This document shows, piece by piece, positions 1 through 9,297 of a stretch of 64,000 bases of DNA. The DNA lies in the NCBI GenBank assembly GCA_037310415.1, contig CP147780.1, forward strand, positions 1,504,001 to 1,568,000, in the 5' to 3' direction. The translations under genes were made by a program, and so were the position numbers. The stretch is from Candidatus Atabeyarchaeum deiterrae (GTDB lineage: Archaea; Asgardarchaeota; Atabeyarchaeia; Atabeyarchaeales; Atabeyarchaeaceae). Under the pieces are notes generated by a model. That model saw only the letters and a program-made list of their open reading frames with translations. It searched no databases and was not told the DNA's origin. Within the stretch, counting starts at the first letter, position 1. Each line of letters opens with the position of its first letter.

Positions 1-79
1 CACGTTCGCCGACTGTGAGTGAATTCTGGTTGTCGCTGACAGGAACTCCTTGATTCGTGGTAAGTTGCTTTTCTTTCAT
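1..79 (-). CDS. monofunctional heme catalase, N-terminal fragment (runs off window edge)
   Basis: Not in ORF track. Reverse strand from ATG at 79 reads MKEKQLTTNQGVPVSDNQNSLTVGER, the typical catalase N-terminus (LTTxxGxPVxDNQNSLTxGxRG); divergent from a Fur/PerR gene. Confidence 0.85.
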   Translation of the reverse strand, partial: MKEKQLTTNQGVPVSDNQNSLTVGER

Positions 80-146
80 TTTTCTCGATATCCTCCTCTC
101 TTTCTGTATCCTTGCTTAAGGACTAATACGAAAGCTTATTTAAGAC

Positions 147-163
147 CTATTATTACCTAATAG
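147..163. promoter_or_regulatory. candidate Fur/PerR operator
   Basis: AT-rich inverted repeat CTATTA-N5-TAATAG just downstream of a TATA-like TTATTTAA (136-143), between catalase and fur. Confidence 0.4.
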
Positions 164-639
164 TGACTATGAACGAATACAGGGAATCTGACCTATCAAT
201 AATCGAGGCTTTCCGCAAGAAAGGATACAGAGCCACTCCACAGCGGATCGCGATTTGCCGACTCGCCCTCCACACTCGACAACATCCAAGCGCACAAACA
301 ATATACCAAGAAGTAAAAACACTTTTCCCAACAGTCAGTCTTGCAACAGTTTACAAAACTCTCCAGACCCTGAGTGAACTCGGTTTAATCCAAGAACTGG
401 ATTTCCCGCAGAGTAGGGCTAGATTCGATTCCTACATGAAACCTCACATAAACCTTGTGTGCACGCAATGTGGCAGCATCAAGGATCTAGAAGATGGCAC
501 TGCACGGGAATTAGTCGACAAGGTCACTTCAGCCGCAAAATTCACCACGACAGGACAGCGCCTCGACATATATGGCATTTGTGATTCCTGTCGCAAAAAG
601 GGAAGATCGATCCCAGTCGCAACTGCTTTAGGTGAATAG
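163..639 (+). CDS. Fur family transcriptional regulator (PerR-like)
   Basis: TPQR, HPSA, SLATVYKTL, CxxC and GxCxxC motifs. Confidence 0.92.
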   Translation: MTMNEYRESDLSIIEAFRKKGYRATPQRIAICRLALHTRQHPSAQTIYQEVKTLFPTVSLATVYKTLQTLSELGLIQELDFPQSRARFDSYMKPHINLVCTQCGSIKDLEDGTARELVDKVTSAAKFTTTGQRLDIYGICDSCRKKGRSIPVATALGE

Positions 640-755
640 AATTCTTGCACTTAGCTATGTTTGGGTCCTGTTCTCCCACAGGCTTCTTTTTGTTTGATTT
701 CAGTAGTTGACTCTACAGTTGTCTGAGGTTAGGAGGTGCACTCAACCAGTCTGAG

Positions 756-1883
756 CTAGAGCGGAAGCAGAATCATACTCTCTGGAGGCAGTAGCTTGTT
801 GATCTGCGCGAATACCAACATTGGTATACCCATTTTCATCAAATTAGGAAGAGAGAAACTTCTCTCAAGGGCCTCGTTTGTGGCGAATCTTCTGTTCTGC
901 TTCTTTGCATTCTTTTCAATCGTGTGAACAATGCCTTTCGTGTACCGTTGATAAGGTTGGATAGCTGGGCGGCCGGTCTCTTCAGCTTTAGCGATTGACC
1001 TTGCAGCCAGTCGTCCGCTCAGAGCCGCGTTGTCCATGCCGAGTCCACGATAAAGGTCAATGAAGCCAGCCGCGTCTCCTGTCATTAGCAGGTTTCCGTG
1101 GCCCAGATAAATGCCAGTTCCCAACGGTGAGGTGAAACCTTCCTTCTTAACAGTTTTCCCGCGGAGACGGTACTTATCCTTAACGTGTTTGAAGAATCGG
1201 TTGGCATACCCCATAGGATCTTGGTCTTTGTCTGAACCTGTGCCTATGACCCACATGTCGTCTTTGAGGTACACCCATGCAAACATGACAGGACAGAAAT
1301 CTCGATTGTTGAACATGTAGAGGGTGTTGGGATCCAAGTCACCTTCCCCAGCGAAGTAGAAGTTTACCGCAGCCCCAGAGACTCTTTTCCCAAAATCCAT
1401 CGGTCGAAGCCTTCTTCTTATTCTGGAGTTGGGTCCGTCGGCACCAATGAGATACCGAGTCTTGATCTCTTTCTCTCCGTCTTTTGCAAGGATCTTAACC
1501 TTGAAACACCCAGGGTGCTCGTGGAAGTCCATGAATATGGTTTCATCTCGGAAATCTGCTCCAGCATCAGATGCCAACTCGTTTAGCCAATTGTCAAACG
1601 TCGATCTCCAGAAGTTAAGCATTTTCATTCCCGTTCTAAAAGAACGCCCGCTGGGCGTTATCATCTCCACTTTGGTAAGCTCATTGGAGCATAGTTTTTC
1701 CTTCGGTATGGGTTTGCCTACAAGCTTCTCAAAGAAGCCAAATTGAATCCCTGAGCAAGGTTTGTTTCTTGGGGTCTTGAACCTCTCGATGAGTAGCGTC
1801 TTAAATCCATATCCAGCTGAGAACCTCGCGGCGACAGAGCCAGCTATGCCGCCACCAACCACGACAACATCATAGTCTTTCAT
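756..1883 (-). CDS. geranylgeranyl reductase-family FAD-dependent oxidoreductase
   Basis: GGGIAG, KPCSG, IGADG, GDAAG motifs. Confidence 0.85.
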   Translation of the reverse strand: MKDYDVVVVGGGIAGSVAARFSAGYGFKTLLIERFKTPRNKPCSGIQFGFFEKLVGKPIPKEKLCSNELTKVEMITPSGRSFRTGMKMLNFWRSTFDNWLNELASDAGADFRDETIFMDFHEHPGCFKVKILAKDGEKEIKTRYLIGADGPNSRIRRRLRPMDFGKRVSGAAVNFYFAGEGDLDPNTLYMFNNRDFCPVMFAWVYLKDDMWVIGTGSDKDQDPMGYANRFFKHVKDKYRLRGKTVKKEGFTSPLGTGIYLGHGNLLMTGDAAGFIDLYRGLGMDNAALSGRLAARSIAKAEETGRPAIQPYQRYTKGIVHTIEKNAKKQNRRFATNEALERSFSLPNLMKMGIPMLVFAQINKLLPPESMILLPL

Positions 1884-2113
1884 GGTCTCTCTTCTCTGTG
1901 GGGAATGCTTCTACTTCTGAGGGTGCACGGTCTCTCCCGTTATATAAAGTTTGATAAGAGATATCAAAGCGTACGGAGTCACAGGTTGCAATTGTTATTC
2001 CGACGCCACGGAAAGACTTCAATACTCGGCAGAATTTGAGCCTGGTTCTCCTAACACTATAGACAACGCTTTATGGAATTGATGACAGGGGTACATAGTG
2101 GAGGCTTGGGATT

Positions 2114-2524
2114 TTGAGTTTCAGATTTATCTACACCGGAATAAGAGTCAAGAATATGGATGAGTCAATCAGGTTCTACACTGAGGTTTTGGGAATGAGA
2201 GTTGCGGAAAAACGTGAAAGAATGGAACCGACTAAAGGCGAAGTAGTCACTCTGAAGAGCTCGAACTCCAATCAACTTTTGGAACTGAATTACTGCGAAG
2301 AAGAGAGCCCATTCTACGCTGCGTATCTGAATGGCGAAGATCTTGATCATCTAGCCTTTGATGTTGAGAATTTGGAGAGTTCTGTTTCAACCTTGAAGAG
2401 AAAAGGTGTTGAGGTAGCTGTTGAACCGTACCAGATTGGCGGGTGGAGAGAGGCTTTCGTGAAGGATCCAAACGGTATCTGGATAGAACTTCTTCAGAGA
2501 AGACAAGTCCATGCTCCACCATGA
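2114..2524 (+). CDS. VOC/glyoxalase family protein
   Basis: FYTEVLGM, LLELNY, DHLAFDV, DPNGIWIEL motifs. Confidence 0.88.
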   Translation: MSFRFIYTGIRVKNMDESIRFYTEVLGMRVAEKRERMEPTKGEVVTLKSSNSNQLLELNYCEEESPFYAAYLNGEDLDHLAFDVENLESSVSTLKRKGVEVAVEPYQIGGWREAFVKDPNGIWIELLQRRQVHAPP

Positions 2525-2867
2525 GCACCTGAGAAAGACAAGTCGATAGGACGGACCGCGACCTTTGTAGCAGAAAAGGCGCTCCGGAGCAAGATGGGGA
2601 ACTAAGACCCCAATACCTGTAGGTATTTGGCACCGAAAGACTCAAAGACTCGACGGCATTGATTCTGATTCCCCTGAGGCTCTTCCATGTGTTTTGGTGT
2701 CGGAGGCAAAGCGCGACCCGAGTCATCTAGTGCAAGGTCAATTAACTATCTATGGTTCTCGACCAAGGTTCTACTTCTCGCCTCTGGCATCAAGGATGCT
2801 GGCGTAAGTATCCTATCATGCCAACACTTATATTCTATAACTATAACTACTCTAGGTGATGATTCCC

Positions 2868-3068
2868 ATGCCGACAACAGTTCAAGTATCAGAGAAAACG
2901 CTCCAGATGCTCAATGAGCTCAAGGAAGAAATGAGGGCGCGAAGCCATGATGAAGTCATAAAGAAGCTCATTACCAAGAGAAAGAAGATCCCAAGCTCGA
3001 TGTTTGGCTCTAATAAGAAACTGAAACCTTTCTCAAGTGAGGATGAGGCTGAAAGTCATGAGCTATAA
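2868..3068 (+). CDS. vapB: VapB-type antitoxin (RHH-like)
   Basis: MPTTVQVSEKT...SHDEVIKKL...SMFG; overlaps the downstream PIN gene. Confidence 0.75.
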   Translation: MPTTVQVSEKTLQMLNELKEEMRARSHDEVIKKLITKRKKIPSSMFGSNKKLKPFSSEDEAESHEL

Positions 3069-3467
3069 ATATGTCATAGACTCATACGCATGGATGGAGT
3101 ACTTTAGAGCCTCTCAAGCCGGAGAAGTTGCAAGACAGTACATAGAGAGCGAGGAGTCAGCCACACCAACAATAGTGGTCTCCGAAATCAGCAGGAAGCT
3201 TTTGGGAGAGATCGACCTTGGAAATGAAAGCCAAGAGGGGAGGCTCAAGCGCTTGGCGTTCATAAGAGCAACCACCTACGTGATAGACTTGATTTCAAGA
3301 TTGCGGTCGAAGCAGGTGAAATCGATCCCTTCATGAAAAAGAGTAGGCGCGGCTGGGGACTGGCAGACTCGATAGTTCTCTGCACTGCAAAGGTCACCAA
3401 AGCAAGAGTAGTTACCGGCGACGAGCATTTCAAGGGACTCAATGAAACTATCTTCATCAGACACTAG
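3058..3467 (+). pseudogene. vapC: VapC PIN-domain toxin, frameshifted near 3290
   Basis: N-half YVIDSYAWMEYF in one frame; C-half DFKIAVEAG...WGLADSIVL...VVTGDEHF to TAG at 3467 in the -1 frame. Confidence 0.8.
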
Positions 3468-3886
3468 CAAGCACGTCTAAACTGAAGCCAATCCAGCACG
3501 TGCTTCAATGGTTGAAGAATTCGCTCTGCAATATGGGCAAGAGTAAAAGGGAGACGGCACCGAAAGGCTCAAATACCAATGTTTTTACTAATCTGAAAAG
3601 GCAGCTTTCGTTTCAGACTTGCTTGGGGTGAGTTACTGTTGGCTTGGAGGGATATACAAACCATCGGCTAATGCTTACAAGCTTCTTTTGCCCGGTGGCT
3701 ACTCCGCCAAACGTGGTCTACAAGGTCCTCAAGTAGGTTTTTATGCGTTCTCTGTTGAGATCTCTTGTTCTCATTCAAGTCACGTCAGAATGCAGATTGA
3801 GAAAAGCTCAGCAGAGGCTATCGCAGCGATCAAACTGGGAGAGAAGAGTAGAAGAGATCTAGAGATTTGGGAGATGGCATGACAAA

Positions 3887-5806
3887 ATGTCGAAAAGAAG
3901 CAAGGAATCCAGTTCGGTGGAACTCACGTTTCCAGACGGATCAAGGAAACAACATCGTAGTGGGATAACGCCACTCGAAGTTGCCAACGAGATAGGCCAC
4001 CGGCTTGCAGCAGACGCCATAGCAGCGAAACTCGACGGTGTTCCAGTTGACCTTAACACACCAATCGAAAAGAACAGTAAATTCGAGATTCTTACCTTTG
4101 ATTCAAAGGATGGAAAAGAGGTTCTTAGGCACTCAGCAGCGCATGTGCTAGCCCACGCAGTGACCGAACTCTACCATGATGCTCTCCCAACAATAGGACC
4201 CGCTGTTGAAGACGGATTCTACTATGACTTCGACATGAAGCCTCTAAGCTCGGATGACCTGGCTAAGGTTGAGGCAAAGGTTAAGGAAATCATCAAAGCT
4301 GACCTACAGTTCAAGAGGATCATGGTACCAAAAAAGAAGGCACTTGAACTCTTCAAAGGCAACAGATACAAGGTTGAACTCATCAATGAACATGCCGGAG
4401 AAGAAGTCTCAATTTACCAACAAGGCGAATTCAAAGACTTCTGCAGAGGCCCGCATGTTCTAGGCACAGGAAAAATCGGAGCAATCAAACTCACGAAGGT
4501 TGCAGGGGCATATTGGCGCGGCGACGCAAAGAACCAACAACTTCAGAGACTCTATGGAATCGCCTTTCCCACCGAGAAAATGCTAAAAGAATATATCCAC
4601 ATGCTCGAAGAAGCAGAGAAAAGGGATCATAGGAAGCTCGGACGCGAACTTGAACTATTCAGCTTCCACGAAGAAGGACCGGGAATGCCTTTCTTCCTGC
4701 CCAGAGGACTATTCTTGAAGAACAAACTCATCGAACTTGAAAGAGAAGAACATAGGAAAAGAGGCTACGTGGAAATACTAACTCCCCAGATACTCAGCGA
4801 TAGCCTGTGGAAGCAATCAGGGCACCTTGACTGGTATAAGCAGAATATGTACTTCACCGAAATCGAGGGAGCACAATTTGTAGTAAAGCCAATGAATTGC
4901 CCAGGAGCAATGCTGGTCTACAATGAAAGAAAACATAGTTACCGTGAATTACCAGTACGAATAGCTGAATTTGGTATAGTACATAGGCACGAGCTTTCAG
5001 GAACGTTATCAGGTCTCTTCAGAGTAAGAACCTTCACACAGGATGATGCCCATCTTATCTTTGCCCCGGAGCAGGCTAGAGCTGAGATAACCAGCTTAAT
5101 TGACTTCATTGCGCATATGTACAGGATTTTTGGCTTCGACTTCCATGTAGAACTTAGCACGAGGCCCGCTGGATCGATAGGATCAGACGATGCTTGGGAG
5201 ACGGCTACGAATGGGCTCAAGGACGCACTTGAATCCAAGAAGATGAGGTACAAGATCAACCCAGGAGAGGGAGCTTTCTACGGGCCGAAGGTTGACTTCC
5301 ACATCAAGGATGCCATAGGAAGGACTTGGCAATGCGCAACAATTCAGCTGGACATGAACTTTCCTGAAAGATTTGACTTGAAATACGTCGGTGAAGATGG
5401 GAGGGAGCATCGCTGCGTCATGATCCATAGAGTGATCTATGGAAGCCTGGAGCGATTCATTGGAATACTCATTGAGCACTACGCAGGTAAGCTACCGCTC
5501 TGGCTGAGTCCGCTCCAAGTTGTATTGATCAATGTGGCTGAGAGACACTCTGAGGCATGCATGAAACTGAAGGAGAAACTTGAAGGGAACGGGTTGCAGG
5601 TGCACGCTGACTTACGAAACGAAACGGTGGAAGCGAAGGTAAGAGATGCTCATCTCCAAAAAGCAAACTACATTCTCGTCGTAGGCGACAGAGAAGTTCA
5701 AGAAGGTACGGTCACGCCCAGAACAAGAGACAATGTCGTACAAGGTGCGCTGAAGATCGACGAATTCGTTGAGAGGATCAGCAAAGAGATCAAGGAAAGA
5801 AAGTAG
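3887..5806 (+). CDS. thrS: threonine--tRNA ligase (bacterial/eukaryotic type with TGS and N2 editing domains)
   Basis: HSAAH, CRGPH, RDHRKLG, KPMNCP, FYGPKVD, HRVIYGSLERF. Confidence 0.97.
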   Translation: MSKRSKESSSVELTFPDGSRKQHRSGITPLEVANEIGHRLAADAIAAKLDGVPVDLNTPIEKNSKFEILTFDSKDGKEVLRHSAAHVLAHAVTELYHDALPTIGPAVEDGFYYDFDMKPLSSDDLAKVEAKVKEIIKADLQFKRIMVPKKKALELFKGNRYKVELINEHAGEEVSIYQQGEFKDFCRGPHVLGTGKIGAIKLTKVAGAYWRGDAKNQQLQRLYGIAFPTEKMLKEYIHMLEEAEKRDHRKLGRELELFSFHEEGPGMPFFLPRGLFLKNKLIELEREEHRKRGYVEILTPQILSDSLWKQSGHLDWYKQNMYFTEIEGAQFVVKPMNCPGAMLVYNERKHSYRELPVRIAEFGIVHRHELSGTLSGLFRVRTFTQDDAHLIFAPEQARAEITSLIDFIAHMYRIFGFDFHVELSTRPAGSIGSDDAWETATNGLKDALESKKMRYKINPGEGAFYGPKVDFHIKDAIGRTWQCATIQLDMNFPERFDLKYVGEDGREHRCVMIHRVIYGSLERFIGILIEHYAGKLPLWLSPLQVVLINVAERHSEACMKLKEKLEGNGLQVHADLRNETVEAKVRDAHLQKANYILVVGDREVQEGTVTPRTRDNVVQGALKIDEFVERISKEIKERK

Positions 5807-5934
5807 AAACTGATCGGGCCTTATTGCGGTGAGCTTCAGGTTAGCTCTCCACTTTTTTGTTATGTTCTATTCAACAAAACTCTTAAGTTGCGGGTTAGCT
5901 CTCCGTAGCTTCGAGGAACGGGAAGGTAGACACC

Positions 5935-6786
5935 ATGGAACTCAATGCCCTAGTAGAGAAACTGAAAGGTTTTGGCTTAATGGAAAATGAGGCGAAAGTC
6001 TACCTTATGCTTGTTCTGAAAGGACCGCTCAGGCCGAGTGAGATTTCTGAGAATAGCGGAGTTGCCAGAGCCGAGGTTCACAGACACCTCCGATCGCTTC
6101 AGAAGACAGGCTTTTGTGTGGTCGTTGCCAGCGAAGGCAAAAGATACTCAGCAATCCCTCCCGACGTAGCGCTCGGTTCCGTCATTGAAGAAGAGGAAAA
6201 CAGACGCGACCTTATGACCAAGAAGAAAGAGGATATACTGTCCAAGTGGAATGCTACACAGCATCCTATTGTGCTGACCGAAAGTTGGCAACAGAAACTC
6301 CAGATCATAACTGATGGTCAGGTGGCGCTTGAACGAGGGATTAGGCTAATAGCTGCCACTAAATCACTTGCAAGAATGATCCTGCATGAAATGACTCTTA
6401 GGAGCTATTTCTCTTCCAGAAGTCTCCAACGTGTCGACTTTCTTAAAATGCTTGGCGAGGGAGATCCTAAATCGCTGGCAGAGATGCGAGTTCTTCTTGT
6501 CTCGACAGCGGAGAAGAAAGACGATCTTAGAAGCATGTTGGCGAATGTTGAGATACCATCAAACATAATATTCAAATTCGTCTCTTCGCTGGTTCTGGAG
6601 TCCCTGCCAGACGCCTTGATTATCGATGAGAACGATTTGCTGATCCATATTGTCCCAACAAAGAAATCAGAATATGTTACTTCCAAAGGCAGGCAAGCCG
6701 AGGCCATCGTAACTAATGTCTCATCAATGATAAAACCGTTCATTATTATCTTCGATGAAAACTGGGACAGGGCGACTGGCCTGTAA
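5935..6786 (+). CDS. TrmB family transcriptional regulator
   Basis: FGLxENEAKVYL wHTH N-terminus plus PLD-like C-terminal effector domain. Confidence 0.8.
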   Translation: MELNALVEKLKGFGLMENEAKVYLMLVLKGPLRPSEISENSGVARAEVHRHLRSLQKTGFCVVVASEGKRYSAIPPDVALGSVIEEEENRRDLMTKKKEDILSKWNATQHPIVLTESWQQKLQIITDGQVALERGIRLIAATKSLARMILHEMTLRSYFSSRSLQRVDFLKMLGEGDPKSLAEMRVLLVSTAEKKDDLRSMLANVEIPSNIIFKFVSSLVLESLPDALIIDENDLLIHIVPTKKSEYVTSKGRQAEAIVTNVSSMIKPFIIIFDENWDRATGL

Positions 6787-7005
6787 ACTGATAGGAATTC
6801 GAGTGGTCCTTCTTTGAGAGGCAATCGACATGTTGCTGGAGATCACGGCGTTGAAAGTATCTTCGATGACAGTAATACGGAGTGATTCCCGAGCAGAAGA
6901 CCTGCTCCATGTGTCAGTGGAGAATTCTTTTTTGCCGTCCGAAAGCTGAAATAGGAAGATAGTTGCATGTTGAATCAGACAATCGCTACTGAGGGTCACT
7001 AAACC

Positions 7006-7791
7006 TTGGATCTTGGAGACTTCGAGGATCAGCTAGTGTTTTATGGCTTATCGAAGAAAGAGGCAAAGATATACCTCTACTTGCTGAAGAGCGGGGCCGC
7101 GGAAGTCTTAGAGATATCACGTGGATTAGACATCACTAGGGCAGACATCTACAAGCACCTCAACGAACTTGAAGGAAAAGGGATTTGCAGGGAGATACTC
7201 AGCCACCCCACCAAATTCGAGGCATCTCCGCTGAATGTGACGCTAGAGACACTCATACTCAAACAAAAGGAAAAGACCGAGACACTTTCAAACGTGAAGG
7301 ACGAGGTCGTTTCCGCCTTGGGAAAAGTATCACTGCCGACGCCAGAACCGAAGTTTCAGATCCTGCAAGGTAGAGAGCCGACAACTAACAAGATTAGAAG
7401 AATAAGAAGAAGCTCCAACGATGTTGTTATCTACGTCCGAGAAAGAACACTAACATTCCTTCACACCCTTGGGCTGCTCGACGTAAGCCGAATAGCACCA
7501 GGACTTTCAATAAGGATCTTGTCAAGGCTGACACCCAAGACTATGAAGATAGTCGAAGAATGTGGACACTGCCGGTTCAGAAACATCCGTGAGGATTTGG
7601 ACATGGGTCTGCCAGAATTCGCGGTCTTCGACAAAAAAGAAGCCTTGGTAGCGCTGTCAGCAAGTGACAAGAGTGCTATAATTGATAAGGACGAGTTGGC
7701 ACTTTGGAGTGATAGTCACGCTCCAGTAATGCTACTAGTTGCGCTCTTCGAGAAGATGTGGGAGAATGGAGAAGAACTGAACCCCAAATGA
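7006..7791 (+). CDS. TrmB family transcriptional regulator
   Basis: YGLSKKEAKIYLYLL wHTH; C-terminal FDKKEAL...LFEKMW. Confidence 0.82.
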   Translation: MDLGDFEDQLVFYGLSKKEAKIYLYLLKSGAAEVLEISRGLDITRADIYKHLNELEGKGICREILSHPTKFEASPLNVTLETLILKQKEKTETLSNVKDEVVSALGKVSLPTPEPKFQILQGREPTTNKIRRIRRSSNDVVIYVRERTLTFLHTLGLLDVSRIAPGLSIRILSRLTPKTMKIVEECGHCRFRNIREDLDMGLPEFAVFDKKEALVALSASDKSAIIDKDELALWSDSHAPVMLLVALFEKMWENGEELNPK

Positions 7792-7824
7792 AAATGCCAT
7801 CAATGCATTCTTCTTTTAGAGTCC

Positions 7825-9264
7825 CTATTTTTCAGGCGAGGTATCAGCATATTTCCAGCTTGTTCCTTTGGCTGTGTCCTCAATCACTATACCCATCTTC
7901 CCTAATTGGGCCCTGATGTCATCGGATTTTTTCCAGTTCTTCTTCTTTCTTGCCTCCTCCCTTTCCTCGATCAGTTTCCTAGCTTCGTCAGGCAGTTCTG
8001 TCTCAGTCTTTTCAACTTCAGCGCCAATACTTGACAATCCGAACACAAGTGAAAGTCTTCTCAAGGTCTCAAGTATGAGAGTGAGTGAGCTCTTGTCTGC
8101 TCCAGAAGTCAATGCCTTGTTGCCGAGTTTGACGAGATCTTGGAAGGCGACAACGGCTTCGGGAGTGTTGAAGTCGTTATCCATGGCCTCAATGTATCTT
8201 CGCTCGATCTCAGCTGCACCATGTTCATATGAACTGACATCCTCACCTTGTTTCTCGTTGCTTAGCTCTTCTACTTGCTTCTCTAGTCCTTGAACGACGC
8301 TTGTTACCCTTGTGAGGTTCCTTTTTGCTTGCTCTAGGATCTTCTTCTCGAAATCAATCGGGCTCCTATAATGAGCAGAAAGGATGAACAACCTGAAGGC
8401 ATCGGCGTCGCACTCCTGCAGAAGGTCGCGGATCGTGACGAAGTTACCAAGTGACTTCGACATCTTCTCCCCTCCAGCATTGAGAAAACCAGTATGTAGC
8501 CAGTACTTTACGAAGGGCTTCTTTCCAGTGGCAGCCTCAGACTGTGCAATCTCATTCTCATGATGGGGGAATATTAGATCTTTAGCTCCGCCGTGAATGT
8601 CGAACCTGTCACCAAGGTACTTCGTCGACATCGTTGAGCACTCAATGTGCCACCCTGGGCGTCCCCGACCCCAAGGACTCTCAAAGGACAATTCACCCTT
8701 CTTGGAGTTCTTCCAAAGTGAAAAGTCAACAGGATCCTTCTTCTTCTCATCGATCTCAACTCTGGCTCCAGATAGAACTTCATGAATAGACTGATGAGAT
8801 AGATCACCGTACCCTAGGAACTTCTTGACAGAGAAGTAAACATCACCATTGGCTTGGTAAGCATAGCCCTTCTTGATCAGAGTCTGAATGAATTTGATGA
8901 TCTCAGGAACATGGTCGGTAACACGCGGGTAGATGTCAGCCTTCTCGATCCCAAGTGCATTGAGATCTTTCTCCGCTTCTAGTGCAAATCGAGATGCTAG
9001 CTCAATAGGGCTGATTCCGAGTTCATTGGCCCTAGCAATAATCTTGTCGTCAACATCAGTTATATTCTGGACATGATAAACATCGTATCCTCTATACTTT
9101 AGATAGCGCTTTATCACGTCAAATGCGACGTATGTTCTCGCATGGCCAATATGAGCATAGTCATACACGGTGACCCCACACACATACATTTTCACTTTCT
9201 TTCCTTCGAGTGGCTTGAACTCTTCCAGCTTCTCAGTTAAACTGTTGTAAACTGCAAGCACCAT
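7825..9264 (-). CDS. cysS: cysteine--tRNA ligase (copy 2)
   Basis: CGVTVYDYAHIGH, GRPGWHIECS, FPHHENE, KMSKS; start taken at MVLAVYN. Confidence 0.96.
   Translation of the reverse strand: MVLAVYNSLTEKLEEFKPLEGKKVKMYVCGVTVYDYAHIGHARTYVAFDVIKRYLKYRGYDVYHVQNITDVDDKIIARANELGISPIELASRFALEAEKDLNALGIEKADIYPRVTDHVPEIIKFIQTLIKKGYAYQANGDVYFSVKKFLGYGDLSHQSIHEVLSGARVEIDEKKKDPVDFSLWKNSKKGELSFESPWGRGRPGWHIECSTMSTKYLGDRFDIHGGAKDLIFPHHENEIAQSEAATGKKPFVKYWLHTGFLNAGGEKMSKSLGNFVTIRDLLQECDADAFRLFILSAHYRSPIDFEKKILEQAKRNLTRVTSVVQGLEKQVEELSNEKQGEDVSSYEHGAAEIERRYIEAMDNDFNTPEAVVAFQDLVKLGNKALTSGADKSSLTLILETLRRLSLVFGLSSIGAEVEKTETELPDEARKLIEEREEARKKKNWKKSDDIRAQLGKMGIVIEDTAKGTSWKYADTSPEK
8489..8559. repeat. 71-bp exact repeat shared with 9983-10053 (inside both cysS copies)
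   Basis: ccagtatgtagcc...gcaatctcattctc is identical in both genes; flanking codons diverge. Confidence 0.9.
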
Positions 9265-9297
9265 CTCAAATACACACTCCTTCATGTTGCATTTGTA

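Noticed and set aside
2525-2850. Possible gene remnant between the VOC gene and vapB
   Set aside because: No family could be recognised in any frame.
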